The notes under the pieces: model-generated
The model's input: only the letters and a program-made list of their open reading frames with translations
What the model was told of the DNA's origin: nothing
Databases searched by the model: none
Translations under genes and position numbers: made by a program
Shown here: positions 63,392 to 64,000 of the stretch, in pieces
Layout of the letters: every line of letters starts with the position of its first letter
How positions within the stretch are numbered: the first letter of the stretch is position 1
NCBI GenBank assembly: GCA_963695855.1
Contig: CAVOHZ010000010.1
Location: 1,120,001-1,184,000, forward strand
From: an uncultured Nitrososphaerales archaeon
Lineage (GTDB): Archaea > Thermoproteota > Nitrososphaeria > Nitrososphaerales > Nitrososphaeraceae
Reading direction: 5' to 3'
DNA: 64,000 nt

Positions 63392-63940
63392 GTGATACAA
63401 CCTATTAATAATATAATAAATTCTTGTTATAGTATTATGATTGGTGAAAATAAAACAAATGTTATTAATCAAATTATTGGTGATTTTATTGAATCCATCT
63501 TGAAGGAGAGACCAATTGGTGCGTTTGATCTTGAATTCGAACTAAAATCATTTGTATACGAGGATAAAATTTTTGATCTAAAAGATGTTAGTGAAAATGA
63601 ATTCATTATAAGAGAATTTAAACGAAAAGAGGAAGAAACAGCAGAATCCGAAGAATATTTGAAGGATATTAGTAGAGCTAATAACTATGATGATTTTTTC
63701 AGTTATTTACAAAGTATTGAGGACCCGTTGATTTATTATTTATCTAGACAAATATTGAAAGATGAACGAGTCAAAATAGTAGAACCTATAGAATTGGAGG
63801 AACAAGAAATAGATGATGTATATACACCTAATTTATGGATTTTTCACAATGATGTGGAGTATAAGCAAAATATTGATTACATTATCGAATTTTACGATGA
63901 GATGAATAGAGAAGATCAATATCCTAGTAACCAATATTGA
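63392..63940 (+). CDS. Acidic hypothetical protein (start probably ATG 63437)
   Basis: 182-aa ORF, no recognised motif. Confidence 0.5.
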   Translation: MIQPINNIINSCYSIMIGENKTNVINQIIGDFIESILKERPIGAFDLEFELKSFVYEDKIFDLKDVSENEFIIREFKRKEEETAESEEYLKDISRANNYDDFFSYLQSIEDPLIYYLSRQILKDERVKIVEPIELEEQEIDDVYTPNLWIFHNDVEYKQNIDYIIEFYDEMNREDQYPSNQY

Positions 63941-64000
63941 TAAGTTCAATATGTCTTATATTTAGAACATTTGTTTTTTCAGAAAAAGAAATAACTTAGT

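Noticed and set aside
1197-63472. Short antisense or overlapping ORFs in the track (e.g. 1197, 11277, 23094, 43156, 47949, 59688)
   Set aside because: Shadows of well-supported genes on the other strand or frame, with no motifs
22890-63472. Intergenic ORFs 22890, 25492, 31839, 56655, 63014, 63272
   Set aside because: Low-complexity F/Y/I-rich translations typical of chance ORFs

Overview
AT-rich archaeal DNA. The gene content (cbtAB, PAC2, CdvB-like, thaumarchaeal-type cox operon with cupredoxins, F420 enzymes, two-domain multicopper oxidase) points to a soil ammonia-oxidising archaeon (Nitrososphaeraceae, Nitrosocosmicus-like); this taxonomy is an inference. About 1-25.3 kb is core genome (ileS, cox operon, htpX, aminotransferase). 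From tRNA-Arg(TCG) at 27352 onward lies an accessory region. It starts with a tyrosine integrase and is punctuated by four further copies of the tRNA 3' end (about 32.0, 33.3, 37.9 and 49.9 kb) and related GRGYCC-N11-GGGYTC dyads. These sites divide the cargo into mostly integrase-free segments: a SIR2 relic, a DUF892-cyclase fusion, hydrolases, F420 enzymes, a GC-rich foreign fragment, and a metal module bracketed by 32-bp inverted repeats. The main candidate for a new system is this tRNA-anchored, integron-like cassette array. The region also holds an IS481 with a 16-bp target duplication, IS6/IS5 relics and a stand-alone NurA-HerA pair. Several frameshifts may be assembly errors. All calls come from reading the sequence and recalling motifs; no searches were run.
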